A stretch of 46,769 nucleotides of DNA. Source: a virus. Taxonomy: Duplodnaviria; Caudoviricetes. The stretch lies in IMG/VR virus record IMGVR_UViG_3300030109_005594, positions 1 to 46,769 of that record. One strand, written 5' to 3'. A model generated the notes under the pieces. That model made no database searches and was not told the origin of the DNA. It worked only from the letters and a program-made list of their open reading frames with translations. Both the position numbers and the translations under genes were made by a program. Positions 36,490-44,901 of the stretch are shown here, one piece after another; within the stretch, counting starts at the first letter, position 1, and each line of letters opens with the position of its first letter.

Positions 36490-37990
36490 AAACTGTCATC
36501 CTCCTTTTAGGTAAATCTATTTCATCATCATAATCTAAACTGTGTGTCATGAACCAGCCTTTTCTCAACCTTAACCATGCTTGTGTGCAGGTATCAACTA
36601 TATCGTCATTGTCCGTTGCAGGAAATGCTGAACAAATATCTATCAAGTCCTTAGCCCATTTACGACTAGAAGGGTAAAAAATCCTACCATCTTCCAGCAA
36701 TGCAGAGCTGGCATGAGCACGAGCCTGTTTATCTCTGTCCGGTAAATATTCTAACACCGGAACTCCGGCAATGCGTAGATCTTGCAATAAACTTTGCCCA
36801 GAGGCTTTTTTCTCAATCAACACTGCGTCTGGTTGATACTCTTCATAACTGTCTTGGGCGAGCTTTCTCAGCTCTGGGTAGGTAACTCGGTCATACCACA
36901 TCTCTAACACAATGGCATTCATCTGACCCTTGTGCCTAAACACTCCCCAAGTGGTTCGAGCAGAATAAGAAGTTTTTTCCTTGGTGCCAAACGCTGTATC
37001 CCAGCTCTGAAGAATATATTCGATCTCAGGCAGGTGTTCATTTTCCCACGGCACCCACCACTCTTTTTTCAATATGCCACCGCCCTTGGGCATTGGGCGT
37101 TGCTGCAGTTGACCAGCCGAGGCATAACTACCAAGGCTTTTCTCCAGAGTCTGTAAAGTTTTTTCATCAACTCGATCTGACCAAAGCAACTCGCCTTCTT
37201 CAGTGCGAGGATCTGTAAAGAATAATTTTGATCGGGGAGGAGTCGGATGACCAATCTCATATCTGGCTGGAAGGCAGAGGTGGTCCCACTCTCCCTCCAG
37301 ATCATTAGCAAGAATGTGCCCAGTAAGATCTTGTTCGTGCACTCGTTGCATTATTAATATAAATGCTCCGGTCTTTGGATCATTGAGTCGAGTTTGCATG
37401 GCTTGATCCCACCACTCAAGAACACCTTCTCGGACAGTACTTGACTCTGCCTCCCGGACGTTGTGCGGATCGTCAATGACAATGATGTCTCCACCCTCAC
37501 CAGTTAACGCTCCATCAACTGACGTTGCTATCCGGTAACCAGTCTTGCTGTTCTCAAACCTCTGCTTCTGATTCTGATCAGTGGTCAGCTCAAACATATC
37601 CCCAAAATGTGTTTTATACCAAGGAGAATCTATGAGCCTTCGGCATTTAACCGAGTCTCTAATCGACAGGCTGGAGGCGTAGCTGGCAAACAAAAAGCGT
37701 TTCTCTGGCTGAATAGCCCAGGTCCATGCAGGAAGTGCCACCGCCACTGAAATTGATTTCATGTGCCTCGGTGGAATGTTTATGATCAGTCTGCGGATCT
37801 TCCCCTCGACCACAGCCTGTAGGTGATCGCTGATTGCATCTATGTGCCAGTTGTCGTGAAAATCTCTACCGGGCTCTATCGTCTGCCAAGAAGTCCTGAT
37901 GAACTCCCTCAGCGACCTCCGCATCTTCTCCGCTCGGATCTCCGTCAATGACAGCGTGTTCAAGAACTCGTTCAACTGCTGAGAGGTCAT
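36482..37990 (-). CDS. terL: terminase large subunit
   Basis: INIPPRHMKS (Walker A), IIVIDDPH (Walker B), MQRVHEQDL, SWDTAF and DDIVDTCTQA nuclease motifs. Confidence 0.93.
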   Translation of the reverse strand: MTSQQLNEFLNTLSLTEIRAEKMRRSLREFIRTSWQTIEPGRDFHDNWHIDAISDHLQAVVEGKIRRLIINIPPRHMKSISVAVALPAWTWAIQPEKRFLFASYASSLSIRDSVKCRRLIDSPWYKTHFGDMFELTTDQNQKQRFENSKTGYRIATSVDGALTGEGGDIIVIDDPHNVREAESSTVREGVLEWWDQAMQTRLNDPKTGAFILIMQRVHEQDLTGHILANDLEGEWDHLCLPARYEIGHPTPPRSKLFFTDPRTEEGELLWSDRVDEKTLQTLEKSLGSYASAGQLQQRPMPKGGGILKKEWWVPWENEHLPEIEYILQSWDTAFGTKEKTSYSARTTWGVFRHKGQMNAIVLEMWYDRVTYPELRKLAQDSYEEYQPDAVLIEKKASGQSLLQDLRIAGVPVLEYLPDRDKQARAHASSALLEDGRIFYPSSRKWAKDLIDICSAFPATDNDDIVDTCTQAWLRLRKGWFMTHSLDYDDEIDLPKRRMTVYG

Positions 37991-38399
37991 TATCTGATAG
38001 CCTTGTGATGTCTAAAATTTTATGTTCTTGCACCTCAGCCTTGATCTCAACTGCTCTCAAGTCTGGAATGCATTTACCCAGCAAAGTTTTTGCTGCCATG
38101 ACCCTTAGTTCGGGATCGGCACCGATCTTGCCAATGTTCTGAACTTCCCCTGTCGAAGACTGGCTGTACACTGGGAAGATTTCCTTACCCTGCATCACCT
38201 GAGACAGAAAACCCAGCGGATCTGCCTGACCCATGATCCAATTGATCGTGGTGTGATGGTTCCATTTGTATGGCTCTTTTCTAGCTTTCTTTTGGTTCTT
38301 CATTGGTTCAACCGACTGAAACCTGCCGTTCCAACTGCGTGGCTTAACAGGGGGTCCATCTTTTATGGGTCTCTGCACTTGAACTTTTTTCTTAGGCAT
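37866..38399 (-). CDS. putative terminase small subunit
   Basis: Directly upstream of TerL; PLGFL..VM, AAKTLL...PDLRAVE; start reassigned to MPKKK. Confidence 0.65.
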   Translation of the reverse strand: MPKKKVQVQRPIKDGPPVKPRSWNGRFQSVEPMKNQKKARKEPYKWNHHTTINWIMGQADPLGFLSQVMQGKEIFPVYSQSSTGEVQNIGKIGADPELRVMAAKTLLGKCIPDLRAVEIKAEVQEHKILDITRLSDNDLSAVERVLEHAVIDGDPSGEDAEVAEGVHQDFLADDRAR

Positions 38400-38463
38400 A
38401 ATGTTTTTCTTGCAAATTATTTGAAATAAGTGTAACTGTTTTTCAGCAAAAAGAAAAGGTCGA

Positions 38464-39408
38464 TCAAACCTCAACTCCAACTTCTCTTTCAGCCGATAAA
38501 AGACCTTGAAAAATAGTTGCAATTACGTCAACTGTAAAAGAATTTCCAAGCATTTTGTACCGTTGAGTTTTGCTGACCCCTTCGGAATAATTGTCGGGAT
38601 ACGTTTGGCAACGCTCACACTCCAGAGGCGTTAATTTTCTCCAATGAAGATAATTTTTGCCGATAGAAACTTTTGGTTCACGATTGCCACCTCCCATAGA
38701 ATTAAGAGTCGGACTCTTGCCAGAAGGGTGATAGACTCGTTTCAGGATGTCATGTCCGTTAATTTCTTCAGCGATTCCAACTTGACACAAACCATCAGCC
38801 GAGAAAACCAATTGCCTTCGACGCTTTTCAAAATAGCTTTTCAAATTGCCACCTTTAAAATAATTGGCATCGAGGCAATGACTCTTGTCTCTATCAACAT
38901 AACCATCTTCCAAGATATCGGACAAAATCAAACCTTTATCAACTGGCATTTCAAAAAGGATATTTGTCCAATACAGACGTTTCCTGTTTTGAGCAGACAC
39001 AAGCGCACTATTGATTTCACGAGGCTCAACACCTAGCATTTTCGTAATGACTTGCTCCGATGTTTTAGCCATCCTGACGTTTTCCAAAAGAAAATATTTT
39101 GGCTTAGATTCTTTTAAAATCCGAACGTATTCAAAAAATAGTTTACTCCGAGGATCGTCAAAATTTAATCTCTTGCCAGCAAACGAAAATCCTTGGCATG
39201 GTGAACCACCAACCAGAAGATCAGGCTTAAAATCAGGTTGGTAGCCAACAACCGATCCACGTTGAATCGTCTGTGGAAAATTTTTCTGGGCGATCTGAAT
39301 GGCATACTTATCAATCTCACACGCATGATATTCGGCAACTTTAATTCCGGCTCGTTGCAAAGCAACTTGGGCACCGGACATTCCATCAAAAAGACTTAAA
39401 ACTTTCAT
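38464..39408 (-). CDS. DNA (cytosine-5)-methyltransferase
   Basis: VLSLFDG, GGSPCQGFS, FLLENV, QNRKRLYW, LTPLECER.Q, MLGNSF; AGGAG RBS. Confidence 0.93.
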   Translation of the reverse strand: MKVLSLFDGMSGAQVALQRAGIKVAEYHACEIDKYAIQIAQKNFPQTIQRGSVVGYQPDFKPDLLVGGSPCQGFSFAGKRLNFDDPRSKLFFEYVRILKESKPKYFLLENVRMAKTSEQVITKMLGVEPREINSALVSAQNRKRLYWTNILFEMPVDKGLILSDILEDGYVDRDKSHCLDANYFKGGNLKSYFEKRRRQLVFSADGLCQVGIAEEINGHDILKRVYHPSGKSPTLNSMGGGNREPKVSIGKNYLHWRKLTPLECERCQTYPDNYSEGVSKTQRYKMLGNSFTVDVIATIFQGLLSAEREVGVEV

Positions 39409-39421
39409 GTGCAGTCTCCTG

Positions 39422-39637
39422 TTAATTTTCAATAAACTTTTTTCTAAATCCCTCTGCCTTCGCAGTCTCAGGATATTTTTCAAATATTTTTTTTACGATT
39501 GCTTTTTGTACAAATTCAATTTTTTTTTCTTTCGGATGAAAAATTTCAGCCATAATCATGAGATCCAATTGTTTTAACAATTCATCACTCGACATTTTGT
39601 TAATTTTCGCTTTATAATTTGATTTAAGTTTTTGCAC
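39422..39637 (-). CDS. hypothetical protein
   Basis: 71 aa; GTG start after AGGAG. Confidence 0.6.
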   Translation of the reverse strand: MQKLKSNYKAKINKMSSDELLKQLDLMIMAEIFHPKEKKIEFVQKAIVKKIFEKYPETAKAEGFRKKFIEN

Positions 39638-39656
39638 TTCTTTCTCCTAATAAAAT

Positions 39657-39686
39657 TTTAAAAAGTGGGGAGTCTGCAAACTCCCC
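39657..39686 (-). terminator. intrinsic terminator-like hairpin
   Basis: GGGGAGT-TTGCAG-ACTCCCC followed by ACTTTTT. Confidence 0.65.
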
Positions 39687-39694
39687 TTGTTGCG

Positions 39695-40003
39695 TTATTC
39701 GTTAATTTTTTTGACCAATCCCAACATCGTTTCAAAATCGTTTGTCACTCCAAACTCTCTCTCGTATTCATTATCATCGTTGAGAACAACAACGGTAAAT
39801 TTGTGCATGAGATTTTCTTGTTTGATGCTCGGATCAGTGAGGTCATTGAAAAAAACTTGAGCACGACCTTTTTGAAAACTTGGTGCTAAATCATCTCCAA
39901 AGCTGACATTCTCAAAACCCAACCGTCTGAGATCATCGATGTCGCAATTCAGTGAATAATTTTCGTTCCATGCGTGTCTTACTATGCTGATTTTCTTATC
40001 CAT
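39695..40003 (-). CDS. hypothetical early protein
   Basis: 102 aa; AGAAAGGA RBS. Confidence 0.7.
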   Translation of the reverse strand: MDKKISIVRHAWNENYSLNCDIDDLRRLGFENVSFGDDLAPSFQKGRAQVFFNDLTDPSIKQENLMHKFTVVVLNDDNEYEREFGVTNDFETMLGLVKKINE

Positions 40004-40017
40004 TTTATTTCCTTTCT

Positions 40018-40041
40018 AAAAAATGGGGGAATTTCTCCCCC
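40018..40041 (-). terminator. terminator-like hairpin fused to the next RBS
   Basis: GGGGGA-GAAAT-TCCCCC-ATTTTTT, then AGAAAGGA. Confidence 0.6.
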
Positions 40042-40047
40042 GTTGTT

Positions 40048-40428
40048 TTAAACCCTAGTCCAACCCAAGCGGTCACATAAAAACTTATCACCACTTTCAT
40101 TCTCGACAACATCACCAACCGAAACGCTGTGCATTGGGAGTAATCTTTCAACACAACTTTTATATTCCTCTTCAGTCACTCTTGGATCATTTGTCAACCG
40201 GAACACATCATCCATCATGTCACAAGTCACATTTGCTACATGGTTAAACCAACCTTTATCAAAACATTCAACCACCATCTTCAAAACTTCTATACGATTT
40301 CTGTCGCTCGTTCCATGCCCAAGATCCATCCGAGCCACATTTTTAGGAAGGCTCTCACGACCATTTTTGTTTACAAAATTTACTTCTTCTTTGGTAAGTC
40401 TGTCAAAGTTGTAAAGTTTAAATTTCAT
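40048..40428 (-). CDS. hypothetical early protein (YodL-like C-terminal motif)
   Basis: VFRLTN...HSVSVGDVV...FLCDRLGW. Confidence 0.6.
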   Translation of the reverse strand: MKFKLYNFDRLTKEEVNFVNKNGRESLPKNVARMDLGHGTSDRNRIEVLKMVVECFDKGWFNHVANVTCDMMDDVFRLTNDPRVTEEEYKSCVERLLPMHSVSVGDVVENESGDKFLCDRLGWTRV

Positions 40429-40467
40429 TTTGTTTCCTTTCTCAGTTTAAATTTTCCCGACACAGAA

Positions 40468-40495
40468 AGGATACACTATTGACCAGAGAATGCAA
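40468..40495 (-). promoter_or_regulatory. sigma70-type early promoter, paralogous to 363-390
   Basis: TTGCAT-TCTCTGGTCAATAGTG-TATCCT; spacer and downstream AACTGAGAAAGGAAACAAAA shared with the left-arm copy. Confidence 0.6.
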
Positions 40496-40527
40496 GTCTT
40501 TTTATTTATGCCAATAAAAACAATAAC

Positions 40528-40935
40528 TTATATCCCAGGGAATTTACTATTAAATTGATTTAAGCACGAAAAATAAAACTTTTGACCTTCAAAAATAGGA
40601 TCAGTTTTTAAATTTTGCAAAGAACATTTTAATTTTTCTAAGAATTTTTTTTGTTCTTCGGTTTCGTTTCCACTCAAAAACATGTCAGGAATGCGTTTCA
40701 TGCATTTAATTTTTTTACCGCCAGGCACCCATTCAATTTGTTTGAACCGATTTGTTTTCTTCCAGTCAGCAACCAACATGATCATCTGACTTTTGTAAAT
40801 GCACATGTCGATGGCTGCATCAACAATCTCTTGCTCGACCTCGTAGCAGTCTTGCCGGGTGCAGTAGGTAATTTTTTCTGCAAAAGAAGAGCTGGCAATC
40901 ACCCATAAGAAGAAGGAAAAGAGTGTTCCTAACAT
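40528..40935 (-). CDS. putative exported Cys-rich protein
   Basis: MLGTLFSFFLWVIASSSFA signal-like N-terminus; six Cys; GAGGAG RBS. Confidence 0.5.
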   Translation of the reverse strand: MLGTLFSFFLWVIASSSFAEKITYCTRQDCYEVEQEIVDAAIDMCIYKSQMIMLVADWKKTNRFKQIEWVPGGKKIKCMKRIPDMFLSGNETEEQKKFLEKLKCSLQNLKTDPIFEGQKFYFSCLNQFNSKFPGI

Positions 40936-41022
40936 TACCAGCTCCTCAAAAAAAATAACACAGGAGTACAAAAGTATGTATAATTTTACATGTTGCAAAA
41001 AAAATTAGAAAGGAAATATAAA

Positions 41023-41289
41023 ATGAGTTTGAAAAATTTAGTTGAAAAAGTTCACCAGTTAAACGTGCGTTGCGGATTGGCTGCTCCAAAAAAATTTCAT
41101 TTGGATCAACCCGGAAGTTATCTGGTGGAACAAAGTTACAGTGGTTATCGTTTGGTACAAGTGATTGACCAGTCGGGAACTGTGCAGGATGTCAGCCCGA
41201 AGCTGACAAAAAATGAACTTTTGTTTTTTGTTGGAGCACTGATTCAGGGAATGGAAATTGAGAAAACGTTTTGCAAATCAACGATGTAA
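41023..41289 (+). CDS. hypothetical protein
   Basis: Start reassigned to MSLKN after AGAAAGGA. Confidence 0.65.
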   Translation: MSLKNLVEKVHQLNVRCGLAAPKKFHLDQPGSYLVEQSYSGYRLVQVIDQSGTVQDVSPKLTKNELLFFVGALIQGMEIEKTFCKSTM

Positions 41290-41390
41290 CCGGACTAGCG
41301 GTAACGTTACCGTTAATGTTGGTTTGAGGTAACACAGATAACTTGTTTATTTTAAAAAACAAAAATGCAAATGTTACCGGTGTTACCGCA
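41285..41390. repeat. GTAAC/GTTAC inverted-repeat cluster, candidate replication origin
   Basis: Three GTAAC and three GTTAC, perfect palindrome CGGTAACGTTACCG (41299-41312), AT-rich core. Confidence 0.55.
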
Positions 41391-41485
41391 AAATCGTGAT
41401 TTTTTAAAATTAAAAATTTTTTCTTGAAAATCTGGACTATAGTATATAACATATTTTTTGTGGTAGTTGAGAAAGGAGTTAAAAA

Positions 41486-41851
41486 GTGTCAAAAGTTTTT
41501 GTTGTGAGCCGACCAACGGTCAACAAGTTTGGTTGGACCCCTGACCTATCTGATGCGAGCCGATACGGAAAGTTGGAGGTGGTTTTTGATCCAAACGAAC
41601 AGCCCCAGTTTTTGCCAGCTCCGTCGATAAAAAAGGCTAGGGCAATTTTGAAAGACTTCAGCCCAGAGGATTACATTCTTTGGGCAGGGGGTGGTGACCC
41701 GATTGCGGTGATGATCTGTTGCATGATTGCCAGTGAGAAAAGTCCCACGGTCAACGTGCTCCGATGGGAGCGAAATATTGAATCGGGTGGCAGGGATCGA
41801 AGGAAAGGTTGGTACATGCCTGTCACTCTTGAATTAAGGAAACAAAAATGA
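41486..41851 (+). CDS. hypothetical protein
   Basis: 121 aa; DLSDASRYG, DYILWAGGGDP, VLRWER; AGAAAGGAG RBS. Confidence 0.75.
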   Translation: MSKVFVVSRPTVNKFGWTPDLSDASRYGKLEVVFDPNEQPQFLPAPSIKKARAILKDFSPEDYILWAGGGDPIAVMICCMIASEKSPTVNVLRWERNIESGGRDRRKGWYMPVTLELRKQK

Positions 41852-42447
41852 CAATCAATCTGCTTGAAGACGTTGCACCTGCGTCCAAGAATCTAGGTGA
41901 AATTGCAGAGATTGCCTCAAAAATTATTGATGCTCAAAAAAACATTGATCAAATCGAGAGGCAGTTGAAGGCTAAAAAGCAAGAGTTGAGAGAGCTTCAG
42001 GAAATTGTTTTACCTGATGCGATGCAGGAGATCGGAATAACATCATTTGAGCTGTCGGATGGCTCGAAGGTCAAGGTGAAGGATTTCACTTCGGTAAGCC
42101 TACCGACTCAGTCTCACATTGATCGCACAAAGGATGAGGATCAACAAAGTGCCTTGATCGAGAGAAGACAGTCGGGTCTGGATTGGCTGATTAAAAATCA
42201 AGGAGAATCCATCATCAAAAACACGGTGAAAGTTTTGTTTGATGTTGATGCCGAGGCTCAAGTTAAGAGTCTGATGGATGATCTGTCGAAGAAAAATCTT
42301 TTATACAAGGTGAGTGTCGATGTGCACCCACGCAGTTTGAAGAGTTTTATCGAGAGCAAAATTGAGGAAGGTAAAAGTGTTCCACATGAAACCTTTAAAA
42401 TTTTTAATGGCAGAATTGCCGAAATCAAATCAGGAGACAAGAAATGA
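41848..42447 (+). CDS. conserved replication-module coiled-coil protein
   Basis: LPDAMQEIG..SFELSDG, WL..N..E.IIKN, VHPRSLKSFI. Confidence 0.7.
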   Translation: MTINLLEDVAPASKNLGEIAEIASKIIDAQKNIDQIERQLKAKKQELRELQEIVLPDAMQEIGITSFELSDGSKVKVKDFTSVSLPTQSHIDRTKDEDQQSALIERRQSGLDWLIKNQGESIIKNTVKVLFDVDAEAQVKSLMDDLSKKNLLYKVSVDVHPRSLKSFIESKIEEGKSVPHETFKIFNGRIAEIKSGDKK

Positions 42448-43229
42448 ACCAAGTCGCAAAGAAGAAAGAAACATCCGTAACAAAGTTTGATGCATCTATT
42501 TTGATCGATGATGCTGGGACAGCAGCAGAGAACATGACACAAGAGGATATGATGATCCCAAGACTGTCAATCCTCCAAGCACAATCCCCACAGGTTAACA
42601 AGAGGGATGGTAGCTATGTGGAGGGAGCCGAGGCTGGTCATATTTACGACTCAGTGGGTGCCGAGGCATTCGATGGAGAGAAGGGCATTACCGTAATTCC
42701 TTTGAGTTATCGGAGAGCCTACATTGAGTGGAAAGCAGACAGAGGTGGATTTGTAGCTGATCACGGCAACGATGCCACCGTTTTGGAGGGGTGCAAAAAT
42801 ATTGATGGCAAGATATTGACGCAGGACGGCAATGAGATTTCGACCAATGCTGAATATTTTGTTTTTGTTGTTGCTGAAGATGGCAGTCACAGTCCAGCGG
42901 TCCTGAGCATGACATCGAGCCAGTTGAAAAAAGCTCGCAGGTGGAACTCGATGATCAACAGGTTGCAAATTCCTCACCCATCGGAGAAGGGTGTCACGAT
43001 CAATCCAGCGATGTTTTGGACAGCCTATCAGCTGACCACAGTGCCAGAAGAAAATGATAAGGGAAGTTGGTTTGGTTGGAACATCGAAATGTTGTACGAC
43101 GCAAAAAGCGGAGGCATCATTAAGCAAATGCCAAACGGTGCCAATTTGTATTTGGAGGCAAGGGAGTTCAAGAGCAAGGTTGCGTCTGGCGATGTCAAGA
43201 CAGCACAACCTGATGACGTACCATTCTGA
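42444..43229 (+). CDS. putative single-stranded DNA-binding protein
   Basis: IPRLSILQAQSPQV, SMTSSQLKKARRWN, acidic DDVPF C-terminal tail. Confidence 0.65.
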   Translation: MNQVAKKKETSVTKFDASILIDDAGTAAENMTQEDMMIPRLSILQAQSPQVNKRDGSYVEGAEAGHIYDSVGAEAFDGEKGITVIPLSYRRAYIEWKADRGGFVADHGNDATVLEGCKNIDGKILTQDGNEISTNAEYFVFVVAEDGSHSPAVLSMTSSQLKKARRWNSMINRLQIPHPSEKGVTINPAMFWTAYQLTTVPEENDKGSWFGWNIEMLYDAKSGGIIKQMPNGANLYLEAREFKSKVASGDVKTAQPDDVPF

Positions 43230-44761
43230 TGTCTGAGGTTAAATCTTTTATGGAACTGTTCCGTGGGTATGAAAATGCCCACGGACAGTACCGTGTTAAA
43301 AAAGAGGAAGATGATGGCAAGGTATCTGGCAGAGCCATCACGGTCAGTGAACCTGCTACAGAGCAGAATTACATTGAGCATCTGACAGGGTCGGACTACA
43401 TTCTGGGCATCATCATGCTCCAGCAGGACAACACCTGCAATTTTGGGGCAATCGACATTGACATAAGAGGAAACGTCAAGCTGAATGAGTCTCTGGAGGA
43501 TCTGGAGAAGAAGATCCGCAAAACTCCATTGGTGCTATGCAGAAGCAAGTCAGGTGGTGCACACCTTTATTTGTTTTGCAAGCCAGCTATCCCTGCCATT
43601 GACATGGTAGCCAAACTCAATGAATTTGCTGCCGGACTGGGATACGGAGGAGCTGAGATATTCCCTAAGCAAATTTCCAGAGCCAATGAAATGGACCGGG
43701 GGAACTGGATTAATTTGTGTTATTGGGATGGAGATAAAACCGATCGTTATGCCATTCATAATGGTAAAAAATTATCTTTGAAACAATTTATTTCCTTGGC
43801 AAAAAAGAAGCGAACAAATTTTGAAGAATTGGAAAATTACAAGCAGGAGGTTTCTGACAAGTTTTCAGATGGACCACCATGCCTTCAGCACATCATGACG
43901 ATGGGATTCCCGGAGGGAGGGCGAAACATTTCGTTGTTCAATGTTGGGGTTTATTATCGCAAGAAGCATCCTGACGATTGGCAGGAAGATTTAATGAAAT
44001 TCAACTACGAACACTTGGAATCACCTCTGCCCAGCTCAGAAGTTAATTCGTTGGTGAAAAGTGTCAGCCGGAAAACTTATGCCTACACCTGCAAACAGGC
44101 ACCGATCTGCAATTATTGTCAGAAGAGCAAGTGCATGAAGCGAGAGTTTGGGGTTGGAGGGGTCGGTGGTGGATTGGCGATTGAGATCGATTCCATCACA
44201 AAATATGAAACGGAAAACAAACAATCAGTCCGTTGGTATATTGAGATGCAGGGAGAGAGGATTGAGGTCACAACACCACAGCTCCTCGATCAGCGTCAGC
44301 TTCAAAAAATTTGTGTGGAGAAGCTCAACAAATGCCCAGCAACGATGCCAGCCCAGCGATGGGAGCAGAGGATCAACGAACTGCTGGGCAGTGTGGAAAT
44401 CATTCAAGATCCTGACGATGCCAGCCCACAAGGTCAGTTTGAGAAAATATTGGATAGCTTCCTGACAGGTAAGGTTCAGGCTCGGCACCGAGATGAAATT
44501 ATGAACGCCAAACCTTGGCACGACAGTGATGAAAAAATGGTTTATTTCCGATCAGAGGATCTATTTATTTTTTTGGAGTCTAGACGTTTCCGTTACCCAT
44601 CTCAACATCAGGTTTGGAGTTGGCTTCGGAACCTTGGTGGGGATCGAAACACGTTTCGGATTAAGTCTAAGGCTGTTAAGGTTTGGTCAGTGCCAAGCCC
44701 AGATTATTTTGATGACACTGATGACTTGGATGTACCATCTGAAATTTCGGAGGATTTTTGA
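43229..44761 (+). CDS. archaeo-eukaryotic primase (AEP) superfamily protein with PriCT-like and Cys-cluster domains
   Basis: GAIDID, RSKSGGAHLYLF, PPCLQ, EGGRNISLF, YTC...PIC.YC.K.KC. Confidence 0.8.
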   Translation: MSEVKSFMELFRGYENAHGQYRVKKEEDDGKVSGRAITVSEPATEQNYIEHLTGSDYILGIIMLQQDNTCNFGAIDIDIRGNVKLNESLEDLEKKIRKTPLVLCRSKSGGAHLYLFCKPAIPAIDMVAKLNEFAAGLGYGGAEIFPKQISRANEMDRGNWINLCYWDGDKTDRYAIHNGKKLSLKQFISLAKKKRTNFEELENYKQEVSDKFSDGPPCLQHIMTMGFPEGGRNISLFNVGVYYRKKHPDDWQEDLMKFNYEHLESPLPSSEVNSLVKSVSRKTYAYTCKQAPICNYCQKSKCMKREFGVGGVGGGLAIEIDSITKYETENKQSVRWYIEMQGERIEVTTPQLLDQRQLQKICVEKLNKCPATMPAQRWEQRINELLGSVEIIQDPDDASPQGQFEKILDSFLTGKVQARHRDEIMNAKPWHDSDEKMVYFRSEDLFIFLESRRFRYPSQHQVWSWLRNLGGDRNTFRIKSKAVKVWSVPSPDYFDDTDDLDVPSEISEDF

Positions 44762-44901
44762 TGAATGAAAGATTTTGTATTCAGTGTCAGCAATATAAAA
44801 AATCCGTTGACAAGGGCAAAACTGTCCCTGTTGGCAATCGCAAGAAATGGATTTGTGAGATGTGTGTGGAGATGATTGAAAAGAGAAAGAGATCCAAGTG
44901 A
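44761..44901 (+). CDS. small zinc-ribbon protein (46 aa)
   Basis: Translated by hand: CIQC...WICEMC; coupled to primase stop and helicase start; GGAGG RBS. Confidence 0.65.
   Translation: MNERFCIQCQQYKKSVDKGKTVPVGNRKKWICEMCVEMIEKRKRSK

Noticed and set aside
42651-43208. 185-aa minus-strand ORF
   Set aside because: Antisense to the well-supported SSB-like gene
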